Shown here: piece by piece, positions 1-9,447 of the stretch
Numbering within the stretch: the first letter of the stretch is position 1
How the letters are laid out: each line of letters starts with the position of its first letter
From: a virus
Taxonomy: Duplodnaviria; Caudoviricetes
Reading direction: 5' to 3' (one strand)
DNA length: 47,847 nucleotides
Virus record (IMG/VR): IMGVR_UViG_3300043596_000006
Span: 1 to 47,847 of that record
Translations under genes and position numbers: made by a program
Notes under the pieces: generated by a model
The model's database searches: none
Seen by the model: the letters and a program-made list of their open reading frames with translations, nothing else
What the model was told of the DNA's origin: nothing

Positions 1-215
1 GCGAACGGCACGCCGTACCTGCCTCTCGTCGCCTCCAAGGCGACGCACCAGGCCGATACGGTGGCTGCAGACCTGGCAGCCATGAAGGTGGACTTCAACG
101 CCCTTCTGGCTAAGCTTCAGGCTGCCGGCCTGATGGCGTAAGGGTCTCAGAAAGTAGTACTAAACTATTCGGGAAGGAGTTGAAACTGTGGCATCAAGAC
201 GAGTAAGTGAACCAG
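1..215. repeat. Terminal direct repeat, left copy (circular assembly overlap)
   Basis: 1-215 is identical to 47633-47847 except G128 vs A47760. Confidence 0.97.
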
Positions 216-541
216 AACCTAATGGTTCTCGTCCCCGTCCGGCAACAACTCCTGACGGAAGAGAGAATCAGCTCATCGCGGCCGCGGTAAACCTCGCCGA
301 GAAGCAAATTCTGGCCGGTACTGCATCCGCACAGGTGATCACGCACTACTTGAAGCTCGGTTCGTCACGAGAGCGACTCGAACAAGAGCGTATTCGTCAC
401 GAGAACGAACTTATGGCAGTGAAGCGAGACGCGATCGCCAAGCAGGAAGACATTCAGCTTCTGTTCGCGCAAGCGACTGATGCTATGAAGGCCTACAAGG
501 GCGAAGACGTTCCTCCTCGGGACGACTACGATGACTTTTAG
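188..541 (+). CDS. Hypothetical protein, possible terminase small subunit
   Basis: GTG start after AAGGAG; helical 117-aa protein near the putative cos end, upstream of HNH and TerL. Function is inferred from position only. Confidence 0.6.
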   Translation: MASRRVSEPEPNGSRPRPATTPDGRENQLIAAAVNLAEKQILAGTASAQVITHYLKLGSSRERLEQERIRHENELMAVKRDAIAKQEDIQLLFAQATDAMKAYKGEDVPPRDDYDDF

Positions 542-941
542 GACCTATCAGAAGCTCAGTCACATTGCCACGTTCGAGGGACGTTACCGTTACCTCTCTC
601 TGACTGGTGTAGTCGGCGAATCGACCTTCGGCTTTGACCGATGGGTCAACCAACGATTCTACAAGTCCAGAGAGTGGCGACGTATCCGCGACATCGTCAT
701 CATCCGCGACGAAGGCTGTGATCTCGGAATCCAAGGACACGAGATCCATGGACCGATGTACATTCACCACATGACTCCAATGTCCGTAGAGGATATTCAG
801 GTAGGTGACGAGTGGATCATCGATCCGGACTATCTAATCACGTGCACGCACAATACCCACAACGCAATTCACTATGGCGACGAGTCCAAGCTAGCAAAAC
901 CTTTCGTTGAGCGTAGGTCGGGAGACACGAAGTTGTGGTGA
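531..941 (+). CDS. HNH endonuclease (packaging-associated)
   Basis: W..IR..VIIRD.GC...IHHM.P...LIT..HNTHNAIH is the pattern of terminase-cofactor HNH proteins of cos phages. Confidence 0.85.
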   Translation: MTFRTYQKLSHIATFEGRYRYLSLTGVVGESTFGFDRWVNQRFYKSREWRRIRDIVIIRDEGCDLGIQGHEIHGPMYIHHMTPMSVEDIQVGDEWIIDPDYLITCTHNTHNAIHYGDESKLAKPFVERRSGDTKLW

Positions 942-955
942 GAGGAGATATTCAG

Positions 956-1828
956 ATGGCTAACTACGATTCATCGATGAAGTACTTCGCTGACGAGTTC
1001 ATCAAGCTCTCGCCGAAGGACCTGGAGCTCGGCGGCATTTACGCCGACAAACCTGGTTACCACAACAAGCGGGCGGATCTCCCGAGCGACGACTACAGCG
1101 TTCGTGAGTTCGAGATCGACCGGAAGGGTCCCTCCACTAACGCCTCGGCCGTCGACATCACCAGCAAGACGGCTCAAGGTGGGAACTACGACCTGATCAA
1201 CAAGTACAGTCGGCGTCTGCTGGCTGCCGGTCAGGCGAACGATCCCCGGACCACCGGCTGGCGTGAGTTCTTCGGTCAGACCGACAAGGATGGTGGCGTC
1301 GAAGGTTGGGACTTCGCCAAGAACCACTCGTCGACCAGCTCTGACACAAGCCACAACTGGCATATTCACCTGTCGGAACACCGCGGCTACACCACGAGCA
1401 AGGTCAACAAGGACGCTCTTCTGTCGGTACTCAAGGGAGAGACACTTGCTGCCTACAAGGCCCGAGGCGGACAGTTCGTAGGCGAGTCCACGACTCCGAC
1501 TCCGGCTGACAAAGTAGCGGTGGACGGCAAGCTCGGCCCGGCGACGATCAGTCTGTGGCAGAAGGTCATGGGCACTACGGTCGACGGTGTAATCAGTGAG
1601 GGTCCGAACGGTAGCGAGCTCGTCAAGGCGGTCCAGCGCAAGCTGGTCTCGTCTCTGGGCCGTTCCCTCAAGATCGATGGCTTCGGTATCAAGCAGGATG
1701 GTCGTCAGTACGAGACGACCGCTCGTCTGCAGCAGTACCTCAAGACCCCAGTCGACTACCGTCTGTCGGTTCCGGTCTCTGAGTGCGTCAAGGCCCTTCA
1801 GCGACGGCTCAACACAGGCACGTTCTAA
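956..1828 (+). CDS. Endolysin (peptidase-like domain plus peptidoglycan-binding repeats)
   Basis: GYH, AVD and SHNWHIHLS metal-ligand-like motifs; C-terminal VDGKLGPAT, VDGVIS and IDG PG-binding repeats; ATG 956 after GAGAGGAG. Confidence 0.75.
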   Translation: MANYDSSMKYFADEFIKLSPKDLELGGIYADKPGYHNKRADLPSDDYSVREFEIDRKGPSTNASAVDITSKTAQGGNYDLINKYSRRLLAAGQANDPRTTGWREFFGQTDKDGGVEGWDFAKNHSSTSSDTSHNWHIHLSEHRGYTTSKVNKDALLSVLKGETLAAYKARGGQFVGESTTPTPADKVAVDGKLGPATISLWQKVMGTTVDGVISEGPNGSELVKAVQRKLVSSLGRSLKIDGFGIKQDGRQYETTARLQQYLKTPVDYRLSVPVSECVKALQRRLNTGTF

Positions 1829-1846
1829 CCGAGGGAGGTGTTCCAC

Positions 1847-2233
1847 GTGGCAACCAGCATCCTAACCGATGCCAAGAAGGTACTCGGCATTGCCGAGGAG
1901 TACGAAGCCTTCGACGTCGATATTCTGATGCACATCAACACGGTCTTCTCGACGCTCAACCAGTTGGGCATCGGCCCCGACGACGGATTCGAGATTGAAG
2001 ACAAGACCACCACGTGGGACGCCTTCTCTACGGATCTTCGGATGAGTAATGTGAGGACCTTTATCTATCTTCAGGTCCGGATGTACTTCGATCCACCGAC
2101 TACCGCCCACCACATCACTGCGATGCAGAACCAGATCGCGGAACTCACGTCCCGACTGAGCATCCTGAGGGAGAGTGATTCATGGACACCGCCACCAGTC
2201 CCAGTCGGGGCGACCTGGTGCCCTTCGGAGTAA
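1847..2233 (+). CDS. Head-tail connector/adaptor-like protein
   Basis: SIL...KKVLGI...FD.DI.MHIN...L.QLG and FDPPT pattern; GGGAGG RBS before GTG 1847. Confidence 0.65.
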   Translation: MATSILTDAKKVLGIAEEYEAFDVDILMHINTVFSTLNQLGIGPDDGFEIEDKTTTWDAFSTDLRMSNVRTFIYLQVRMYFDPPTTAHHITAMQNQIAELTSRLSILRESDSWTPPPVPVGATWCPSE

Positions 2234-2775
2234 AGGGTGAGGAGTTCGTCACCGATTTCCTTGAGCATTTTGGCGTCAAGGGCATGCACTGGGGGCAGCG
2301 CAAGGCCGAGCCTAGTGCGGGTGAGGCGGCCGCTCGTCTCATTGCGAATAAAGTGGGCTCTACGGTCAAGGCTTTCCACAAGGAGAACAAGGCCGACATT
2401 GAAACAGCCCGTGCTGGGTTGGCTAAGACAAGTCAGACTAAGCAGACCCACAACCAAGTGATTACCAAGGTAGGTGGTCTTCACAATATTTCTGACCGTG
2501 ACCTGAGGCTGATGCTGAATCGTCTGGACATGGAGAAGAAGTATTCGGCGATCCTGCACGAGGATCGACAGAAGCGGATCGACGGAGGAAAAGCCCTCCT
2601 CAAGGTACTCGGTAAGGCTGGGGAGATCGCGGTGCCGATCATCCTTGGCGTTATCGCGACGAGGGCCGCTACAAACGCCTTCCGTGGAGACGCCCCTTTC
2701 AAGGTGCCGGTCGTCAACCCTCAGGTCATCGAGGGTGTTGCTCGCACTCTGGGTAAGTTCCCAGAAGGTCACTAG
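2182..2775 (+). CDS. LxHFG-GMHWG leader protein 1 (putative virion/ejected protein)
   Basis: FLEHFGVKGMHWG near the N-terminus, LSD.DL....NRL.MEK helix, C-terminal hydrophobic segment. Confidence 0.8.
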   Translation: MDTATSPSRGDLVPFGVKGEEFVTDFLEHFGVKGMHWGQRKAEPSAGEAAARLIANKVGSTVKAFHKENKADIETARAGLAKTSQTKQTHNQVITKVGGLHNISDRDLRLMLNRLDMEKKYSAILHEDRQKRIDGGKALLKVLGKAGEIAVPIILGVIATRAATNAFRGDAPFKVPVVNPQVIEGVARTLGKFPEGH

Positions 2776-2789
2776 AGGGGAGGGTTGGC

Positions 2790-4523
2790 ATGAGTTTGTC
2801 GAACACCGCGACTCCCGTCTATTACGGACAGTTTCGCGACGCGGTACTTCGAGGGGACGTTCCTGTTTGTCGGGAGATCTCAATGGAGATGAACCGCATC
2901 GACGCGCTCATCGCCAACCCGAACTACTGGTACGACGACAAGGCAATCGACGGATTCATCCTTTACTGCGAGAATGAGCTCACGCTTACTGACGGTAGCG
3001 ACTTTCACATGCTACCTTCGTTCAAGCTGTGGGCCGAGCAGATCTTTGGATGGTATCACTTCATCCAACGTGAGGTCTGGGACAAACAGCAGCATCGCTT
3101 CGTTACCAAGATCATCAAGAAGCGTCTCATTGAGAAGCAGTATCTGATAGTCGCTCGTGGTGCGGCTAAGTCCATGTACGGCATGGCCATCCAGGCCTAC
3201 TTCCTGAATGTGGACACCGCGACTACCCACCAGATCACCACGGCTCCGACGATGAAGCAGGCCGACGAGATCATGTCTCCTTTTCGGACCGCGATCACGC
3301 GCGCACGCGGGGCTCTGTTCAAGTTCCTGACCTACGGTTCCGCTCAGAACACGACTGGCTCAAGGGCTCTTCGTCAGAAGCTCGTCTCCACCAAGAAGGG
3401 GATCGAGAACTTCCTGACCGGTTCGCTGCTTGAGGTCCGTCCAATGTCTATCGCTAAGCTGCAGGGTCTTCGTCCGAAGGTCTCTACAGTTGACGAATGG
3501 CTATCTGGAGACCTTCGAGAGGACGTCGTCGGGGCAATCGAGCAAGGTGCATCCAAGCTGGACGAGTGGCTGATCGTTGCGATCAGTTCGGAAGGTACGG
3601 TTCGGAACGGTTCGGGCGATACCATCAAAATGGAGTTAATGTCCATCCTCCGTGGAGAGGGCACGCCAGCCGACAACATCTCGATCTTTCACTACAAGCT
3701 CGATGATCTGACTGAAGTAGCTGACCCGACCATGTGGGTCAAGGCTCAACCCAACATTGGACTGACTGTCACCTACGAAACCTACCAGCAGGACGTCGAG
3801 CGAGCCGAACGAGCTCCAGCGTCTAGGAACGACATCTTGGCTAAGCGGTTCGGGATCCCGATGGAGGGGTACACCTACTTCTTCACCTACGAGGAGACTG
3901 AACCCCACGGCAAACAGGACTTCTGGAAGATGCCCTGTGCTATGGGTGCTGACCTCTCACAAGGCGATGACTTCTGTGCCTTCACTTTCCTGTTCCCCTT
4001 GCGATTGGGGTTCGGTGTGAAGACCAGAAGTTACATCACCCGACTGACTTTACACAAACTGCCTGGTGCTATGCGGGCTAAGTACGAAGAGTTCATCCAA
4101 GAAGGCAGCCTTCATGTCCTAGAGGGAACTATCCTCGACATGATGGAGGTCTACGAGGATCTCGAAGCCTTCATAGAACGTGAACAGTACGACATTCGAG
4201 CCTTCGGTTTCGACCCGTACAATGCCAAGGAATTTGTGAATCGTTGGGAGATGGAGAACGGTGCCTACGGCATCGAGAAGGTCATCCAGGGTGCTCGGAC
4301 CGAGAGTGTTCCTCTTGGCGAGTTGAAGATTCTTAGCGAAGAACGCATATTGTTCTTCGATCAGCGTCTAATGCAGTTCGCCATGGGTAATGCCATCACC
4401 ATTGAGGATACTAACGGTAACCGAAAGCTCCTCAAGAAGCGAATGGAAGACAAGATCGACAACGTGTCTGCTCTTATGGACGCTTACGTCGCCTGGAAGC
4501 TACATAAGGAGATGTTCGAGTGA
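2790..4523 (+). CDS. terL: Terminase large subunit
   Basis: Walker A-like VARGAAKS, Walker B STVDE, nuclease GADLSQGDD, FDPYNA and KIDNVSALMDA. Confidence 0.95.
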   Translation: MSLSNTATPVYYGQFRDAVLRGDVPVCREISMEMNRIDALIANPNYWYDDKAIDGFILYCENELTLTDGSDFHMLPSFKLWAEQIFGWYHFIQREVWDKQQHRFVTKIIKKRLIEKQYLIVARGAAKSMYGMAIQAYFLNVDTATTHQITTAPTMKQADEIMSPFRTAITRARGALFKFLTYGSAQNTTGSRALRQKLVSTKKGIENFLTGSLLEVRPMSIAKLQGLRPKVSTVDEWLSGDLREDVVGAIEQGASKLDEWLIVAISSEGTVRNGSGDTIKMELMSILRGEGTPADNISIFHYKLDDLTEVADPTMWVKAQPNIGLTVTYETYQQDVERAERAPASRNDILAKRFGIPMEGYTYFFTYEETEPHGKQDFWKMPCAMGADLSQGDDFCAFTFLFPLRLGFGVKTRSYITRLTLHKLPGAMRAKYEEFIQEGSLHVLEGTILDMMEVYEDLEAFIEREQYDIRAFGFDPYNAKEFVNRWEMENGAYGIEKVIQGARTESVPLGELKILSEERILFFDQRLMQFAMGNAITIEDTNGNRKLLKKRMEDKIDNVSALMDAYVAWKLHKEMFE

Positions 4524-4581
4524 GTGAGATGACGCATGAACAGGCTCTTGCTCACTTCGGGATCAAGGGCATGCACTGGGG
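4519..4581 (+). repeat. 63-nt exact direct repeat, copy 1 (encodes leader peptide)
   Basis: Identical to 4998-5060. Confidence 0.97.
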
Positions 4582-5002
4582 CCAGCGTAAAGCCGTGACT
4601 CCGGCGCAGAGAATTCGTCAGATCCAAGTCGAGAAAGACAAGTTTAGTGGTCAACGGATTGTCGATGGCGCTGGACTAAAGGGCTGGGCGATCAACAAGG
4701 GTTCTAAGCATCCAACCGCTCGTGCGATTACGAGTGTTTCCCTACGAGGCGCGTTCGAGGTAGGGGTTATTCTTGGCGGCGGAAAACTCTTGCTAGACCA
4801 CGTCAGTGCGAGTCCCAAAGCTAAGCAAGGTGCCGCTATTGGTATCGCTATGCTTGCTGGGCAGGTTGGCTTGACTCGAATCAATCAGATTCGGGATGTC
4901 CGTCAATTCAATGCTCACGATAAGTTGATCAAAGAGGAAGCGGCTCTTCGTAAGCAGCTTGCTGCTCAGTCGAAGGCTCACGCAAAGGCCCGATCCAAGT
5001 GA
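4520..5002 (+). CDS. LxHFG-GMHWG leader protein 2
   Basis: Starts MSEMTHEQALAHFGIKGMHWG; GTGA overlap with terL; basic body with Gly-rich hydrophobic helices. Confidence 0.85.
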   Translation: MSEMTHEQALAHFGIKGMHWGQRKAVTPAQRIRQIQVEKDKFSGQRIVDGAGLKGWAINKGSKHPTARAITSVSLRGAFEVGVILGGGKLLLDHVSASPKAKQGAAIGIAMLAGQVGLTRINQIRDVRQFNAHDKLIKEEAALRKQLAAQSKAHAKARSK

Positions 5003-5060
5003 GTGAGATGACGCATGAACAGGCTCTTGCTCACTTCGGGATCAAGGGCATGCACTGGGG
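4998..5060 (+). repeat. 63-nt exact direct repeat, copy 2
   Basis: Identical to 4519-4581. Confidence 0.97.
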
Positions 5061-5433
5061 GGAGCATCACGCTCTGGCTGAGGCAGTCCGACCTGGCAGT
5101 AAGAAAGCGGCTGACATTCGTCAGTTCGGCACCCGTGGAGTCTCTCGAATCGAGGCTCATCGGTCCGCCGGGATGTCCCGCAAGGAAGCCGTAGCCAAAG
5201 AGCGACACAGAAAGAGAGTTCAGTCTGGAGTCGTCGCTGCGGCTGCTCTTCTGGCGCTCAATGCTCCGCGCATTCGCGTGGCCTTGAATACGGCACTGGT
5301 TACGGCCGTCAATAGCAAACGAGCCGCGGACGGAGCTAAATTCGCCGCCTCGATGCTGGCAGATAGCCGAGGTCTGACCAACGTCAAGACTCTCAACGTC
5401 GCTTTCGATGCCTCAAGGAATCTCTGGGGCTAA
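4999..5433 (+). CDS. LxHFG-GMHWG leader protein 3
   Basis: Same 21-aa leader as the previous gene, different basic/hydrophobic body. Confidence 0.85.
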   Translation: MSEMTHEQALAHFGIKGMHWGEHHALAEAVRPGSKKAADIRQFGTRGVSRIEAHRSAGMSRKEAVAKERHRKRVQSGVVAAAALLALNAPRIRVALNTALVTAVNSKRAADGAKFAASMLADSRGLTNVKTLNVAFDASRNLWG

Positions 5434-5460
5434 CACCGAGTAGCCCGAAGGAGGTGACTC

Positions 5461-6771
5461 ATGGCATCACTGCGTTCCCGGTTCTCCAAAGCTATATCTA
5501 CGGGTCTGTCTCATGCGTGGAACGCGTTTACTTCGCAGAATCTCGCTTCCGAGCCTCCTTCGACTGGTGGTGGAGGAGTTTGGTACGGAGGTCGACAGGA
5601 TCGGTACCGATCGGTAACCAGCTTCAATGGCGAACGTACGATCGTCGCGTCAATCTACAATCGACTGGCTATCGACGCAGCATCGATCAATATTCTCCAG
5701 GTTCGAGTTAATGATGCTGGTCAATTCATCGACACAATCGACAGCGGGTTGAACAACTGCCTTACAGTCGAGGCCAATATTGACCAAGGCGCTAGGCATT
5801 TCCGTCAAGACATGGTTTCGACGATGTTTCGCAAGGGTTGCGTGGCGATTGTGCCTGTGGATACCACAATCAACCCCTCGACGGCCAGTTTCGACATCAA
5901 ATCCATGCGCGCTGGAGAGATAATCGAGTGGCGCTCGTATCATGTGAAGGTTCGCCTTTACAACGAGCGTAAGGGCATTCTGGAAGACATCTGGCTTGAG
6001 AAGAAGTTCGTTGCAATCGCGGAGAATCCGTTCTACGAGGTGATGAACGAGCCCAACTCAACCCTAGCTCGTCTGATCTGCAAACTCGCACTCCTGGATA
6101 CCATCGACAAGCAGTCAGGATCGGGCAAACTCGATCTGATTGTCCAACTTCCCTACGTGGTCAAGGGCGAGGCTCTCCGACAGAGGGCTGAGCAGCGTAA
6201 GGCTGACGTTGAGTTCCAGTTGGCGAATAGTCAGTACGGCATCGCCTACATCGACGGTACTGAGAAGATCACACAGCTCAACCGGCCGGCAGAGAACAAT
6301 CTTCTGAAGCAGGTGGAGTACCTGACGGCCATGCTGTACAACCAGCTGGGTCTCACGGTAGAGGTGATGAACGGTACCGCCGACGAGGCGGCCATGCTGA
6401 ACTACTACGCTCGGACTATCGATCCGATCGTCTCGGCGATTGTCGAGGCCATGGCTCGTACGTTCCTGACTAAGACCGCTCGGTCTCAGAAGCAAACCAT
6501 CATGTCCTTCCACGACCCGTTCAAGTTTGTCCCGCTCAGCCAGATTGCTGAGATCGCTGACAAGTTTACGCGGAGCAACGTTGCGACGCCCAACGACATC
6601 CGCCCGAAGATCGGTCTCAAGCCGTCTAAGGATCCGGTTGCCAGCACGCTCGGCAATCCAAACATGCCGAACGACAAACAGCTCACCGCAGGGCCCAAGC
6701 AGGCAATCGAGGCTCGGCCGAAGCAGCTACAACTAACTGGAAGTGGAGGAAGCAATCAAAATGGAGCCTAA
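5461..6771 (+). CDS. Portal protein
   Basis: 436 aa between TerL and capsid; HK97-like features (SIYNRLAIDAA, LTVEAN, TPNDIR); GGAGGT RBS. Confidence 0.9.
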   Translation: MASLRSRFSKAISTGLSHAWNAFTSQNLASEPPSTGGGGVWYGGRQDRYRSVTSFNGERTIVASIYNRLAIDAASINILQVRVNDAGQFIDTIDSGLNNCLTVEANIDQGARHFRQDMVSTMFRKGCVAIVPVDTTINPSTASFDIKSMRAGEIIEWRSYHVKVRLYNERKGILEDIWLEKKFVAIAENPFYEVMNEPNSTLARLICKLALLDTIDKQSGSGKLDLIVQLPYVVKGEALRQRAEQRKADVEFQLANSQYGIAYIDGTEKITQLNRPAENNLLKQVEYLTAMLYNQLGLTVEVMNGTADEAAMLNYYARTIDPIVSAIVEAMARTFLTKTARSQKQTIMSFHDPFKFVPLSQIAEIADKFTRSNVATPNDIRPKIGLKPSKDPVASTLGNPNMPNDKQLTAGPKQAIEARPKQLQLTGSGGSNQNGA

Positions 6772-8797
6772 TTTCTCCGGCTGGGCAACTCGGCCTGACA
6801 TTAAGTGCACTGACGGCCGAACAATCAAGCCTGGCGCGTTCGAGCACATGGACGGCAAGAAGGTCCCGCTGGTATGGTCTCACAGCCACGGTTCCCCGGA
6901 GAGCGTTCTCGGGCATGTCATGCTTGAGAAGAAGGATGGTGGTCTTCGCTGCCACGGTTTCTTCAACGAGACTCCGTCCGGCACCGCTGCCCGCATGATG
7001 GTCGAGCACGGGGACGTTGACTCGCTGTCCATCTGGGCTAACAAGCTCACTGAGAAGGCGAAGCAGGTGTTCCACGGCTTCGTTCGTGAGGTCAGTCTTG
7101 TGTTGGCTGGTGCCAACGAAGGTGCGAAGATCGATGCCGTCAATCTTCAGCACTCTGATGGTGATTCTGAGGTCCTGGAGGATGAGGCAATCATCTTCAC
7201 GGGTCTGGCACTAGAGGTCGTACTGGAGCACGCTGCTCCCGCTTCCAGCGATCAGCGTACGGTCCAGGACGTCTACGACTCCATGACCGACGAGCAGAAG
7301 AACATCGTCAACTTCCTCATCGGCTCCGCTCTGTCTGCGAAGACTAGCGGCACGATGGCGCAGTCGGATGAATCCGGTGACGAGGAAGACGAGAACGACG
7401 AGAACGACGAGTCTGACAGTAACGACCCGAGCACCGCCGACGAGGACAAGAACCTCACTCACAAGGAAGGAACCAACGACGTGACTGCGAACGTGTTCGA
7501 CCAGAACTCGAAGAACGGCGGTCCTGCGGAGAAGCACGTGCTCTCTCACGACGACCAGAAGGCTATCCTGAAGCTGGCCAAGCGTCCCGGCCACACCCTC
7601 AAGACTGCGCTGGAGGACTGGTTCGAGAGCAACGCCCTGTCTCACGGCATCGAGAGCCTGGAGACCCTGTTCCCGGACGCTCGGAACATCACGGGTACCC
7701 CGGAGTTCATGAAGCGCCAGACCGAGTGGGTCGCCGGCGTCCTCAACGGCGTCAGCAAGACTCCCTTCTCCCGCATCAAGACGCTCCTGGCGGACCTGAC
7801 GCAGGACGAGGCGCGTGCCCTGGGTTACATCAAGGGCAACCTCAAGAAGGAAGAGTGGATCTCTGTCACCAAGCGTACGACCGCTCCGACGACTGTCTAC
7901 AAGAAGCAGAAGCTGGATCGGGACGATATCCTGGATATCGTCGACTTCGACGTCGTCATCTGGATCAAGGCCGAGATGCGGCTCATGCTGGAGGAGGAGC
8001 TCGCGCGTGCGATCCTCATCGGCGATGGTCGTGACCCGGGATCGGACGACAAGATCAAGGACCCGGTCGGTGCGCAGGACGGCATCGGCATTCGGTCGAT
8101 CGCGTACGACAACCCGCTGTACACGACCGTCATCAACCACCAGTTCGACGCCCTGGCGCCGGACTACAACGCCCTCATCGAGCGGATCCTGCTGGCCCGC
8201 GACCAGATGAAGGGCACTGGTGTTCCGACGTTCTACACCACGTACGCCGTTCTGACCCGCATGCTGCTGTCGAAGGACTCGTTCAACCGTCGCCTGTACG
8301 CGACCAAGGACGACCTGACCTCGGCTCTCATGGTTAAGGACGTCGTGGCGGTTGAGGCGATGGAGGGCGACACCGCCATCGTCGGTGTTCTGGTCAACCT
8401 CCAGGACTACAGCGTCGGTACGGATCGGAATGGCGAGGTCACGCTGTTCGACGACTTCGACATCGACTACAACAACTTCAAGTACTTGATGGAGACCCGC
8501 ATGTCGGGTGCTCTCACCAAGTACAAGGCGGCCATGGTCATCAAGTACGTCGATCCGACCTACACCGAGGTTGTTCCGAACGCGCCGACCTTCGTCAAGT
8601 CGACCGGCGTCGTGACGATCGTGGCGACCACCCACGTTGTGTACAAGAACGCTGACTCCGGTGCAACCCTGTCGACGGGTGCTCAGACGGCTCTCGACCC
8701 GGGCGCGACCCTCAACGTCGTGGCTGTGCCGGATGCCACCTACTTCGCCGACGACACCAAGTCCTCGTACTGGTCCTTCACGCGTCCGCACGCGTAA
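6761..8797 (+). CDS. Prohead protease-scaffold-major capsid fusion protein
   Basis: N-terminal HK97-type protease (FSGWA, VPLVWSH, DSLSI, EVSLVLAGAN), acidic linker, HK97-fold capsid (EEELARAILIGDG), C-terminal Ig-like extension. Confidence 0.9.
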   Translation: MEPNFSGWATRPDIKCTDGRTIKPGAFEHMDGKKVPLVWSHSHGSPESVLGHVMLEKKDGGLRCHGFFNETPSGTAARMMVEHGDVDSLSIWANKLTEKAKQVFHGFVREVSLVLAGANEGAKIDAVNLQHSDGDSEVLEDEAIIFTGLALEVVLEHAAPASSDQRTVQDVYDSMTDEQKNIVNFLIGSALSAKTSGTMAQSDESGDEEDENDENDESDSNDPSTADEDKNLTHKEGTNDVTANVFDQNSKNGGPAEKHVLSHDDQKAILKLAKRPGHTLKTALEDWFESNALSHGIESLETLFPDARNITGTPEFMKRQTEWVAGVLNGVSKTPFSRIKTLLADLTQDEARALGYIKGNLKKEEWISVTKRTTAPTTVYKKQKLDRDDILDIVDFDVVIWIKAEMRLMLEEELARAILIGDGRDPGSDDKIKDPVGAQDGIGIRSIAYDNPLYTTVINHQFDALAPDYNALIERILLARDQMKGTGVPTFYTTYAVLTRMLLSKDSFNRRLYATKDDLTSALMVKDVVAVEAMEGDTAIVGVLVNLQDYSVGTDRNGEVTLFDDFDIDYNNFKYLMETRMSGALTKYKAAMVIKYVDPTYTEVVPNAPTFVKSTGVVTIVATTHVVYKNADSGATLSTGAQTALDPGATLNVVAVPDATYFADDTKSSYWSFTRPHA

Positions 8798-8812
8798 GGA
8801 GTATCTCTCGCG

Positions 8813-9139
8813 ATGAGGTTCTCCGGAATCATCGGCTTCGCGGGCGGTAGGGTCGAGGATCCCCCTGGAGTCTGGAAGGAAACTCCGATTGTCGAAAGAT
8901 CATATTTCGGCGATGTAATCCGGAATTCCCGACAGCTTCAGGGGGACCAGCAGGTGAATCCGAACGTCACTGTTGGAAACTCGATCAGTATCGTCGCGGA
9001 TGCTCTTGCCAACGAAAACTTCATGAACATTCGCTATGTCGGTTGGATGGGGAGTCTGTGGACTGTCGAGAATGTCGACGTGCAGGCTCCCCGTCTTATC
9101 CTTAGGCTTGGGGGTGTATACAATGGGCCAACGGCTTGA
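8813..9139 (+). CDS. Head closure/stopper-like protein
   Basis: 108 aa directly after the capsid gene, beta-rich, AAGGAG RBS. Confidence 0.65.
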   Translation: MRFSGIIGFAGGRVEDPPGVWKETPIVERSYFGDVIRNSRQLQGDQQVNPNVTVGNSISIVADALANENFMNIRYVGWMGSLWTVENVDVQAPRLILRLGGVYNGPTA

Positions 9140-9437
9140 TCTCCACACGCGACTACTAACGTGCGTGGACACAGGTTCGGGTCAAAAGGTATATTTCCAG
9201 CCACCGGAGGATCTAGCGATTGTGCATCCGTGCATTGTCTACGCGAGAGACGCGGCTAACACGAGGTTCGCTGGCAATTTTCCGTATCTCTACAAGCAGA
9301 GATACGCGGTGACCATCATTGACCCTGACCCGGATTCGGTGATCATTGATAAGGTCGCAGCACTACCGCTATCTGTCTTTAACAGGCATTTCGCGGCCAA
9401 CGGTCTAAACCACGACGTCTTCGTCGTTTACTTCTGA
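9123..9437 (+). CDS. Tail terminator-like protein
   Basis: VYFQPP...PCIVY motif; position before the tail tube gene; start trimmed to ATG 9123. Confidence 0.7.
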   Translation: MGQRLDLHTRLLTCVDTGSGQKVYFQPPEDLAIVHPCIVYARDAANTRFAGNFPYLYKQRYAVTIIDPDPDSVIIDKVAALPLSVFNRHFAANGLNHDVFVVYF

Positions 9438-9447
9438 GAGGAAGAGC

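Noticed and set aside
1-215. Biological direct terminal repeat
   Set aside because: Begins mid-gene, and a better cos-like end candidate exists at about 47455; most simply an assembly overlap
7211-8791. Long minus-strand ORFs (526 aa here; also 971-1846, 9379-10317, 15443-16519, 27333-28298, 28258-29268)
   Set aside because: Antisense shadows of codon-biased plus-strand genes; no RBS and no recognisable motifs
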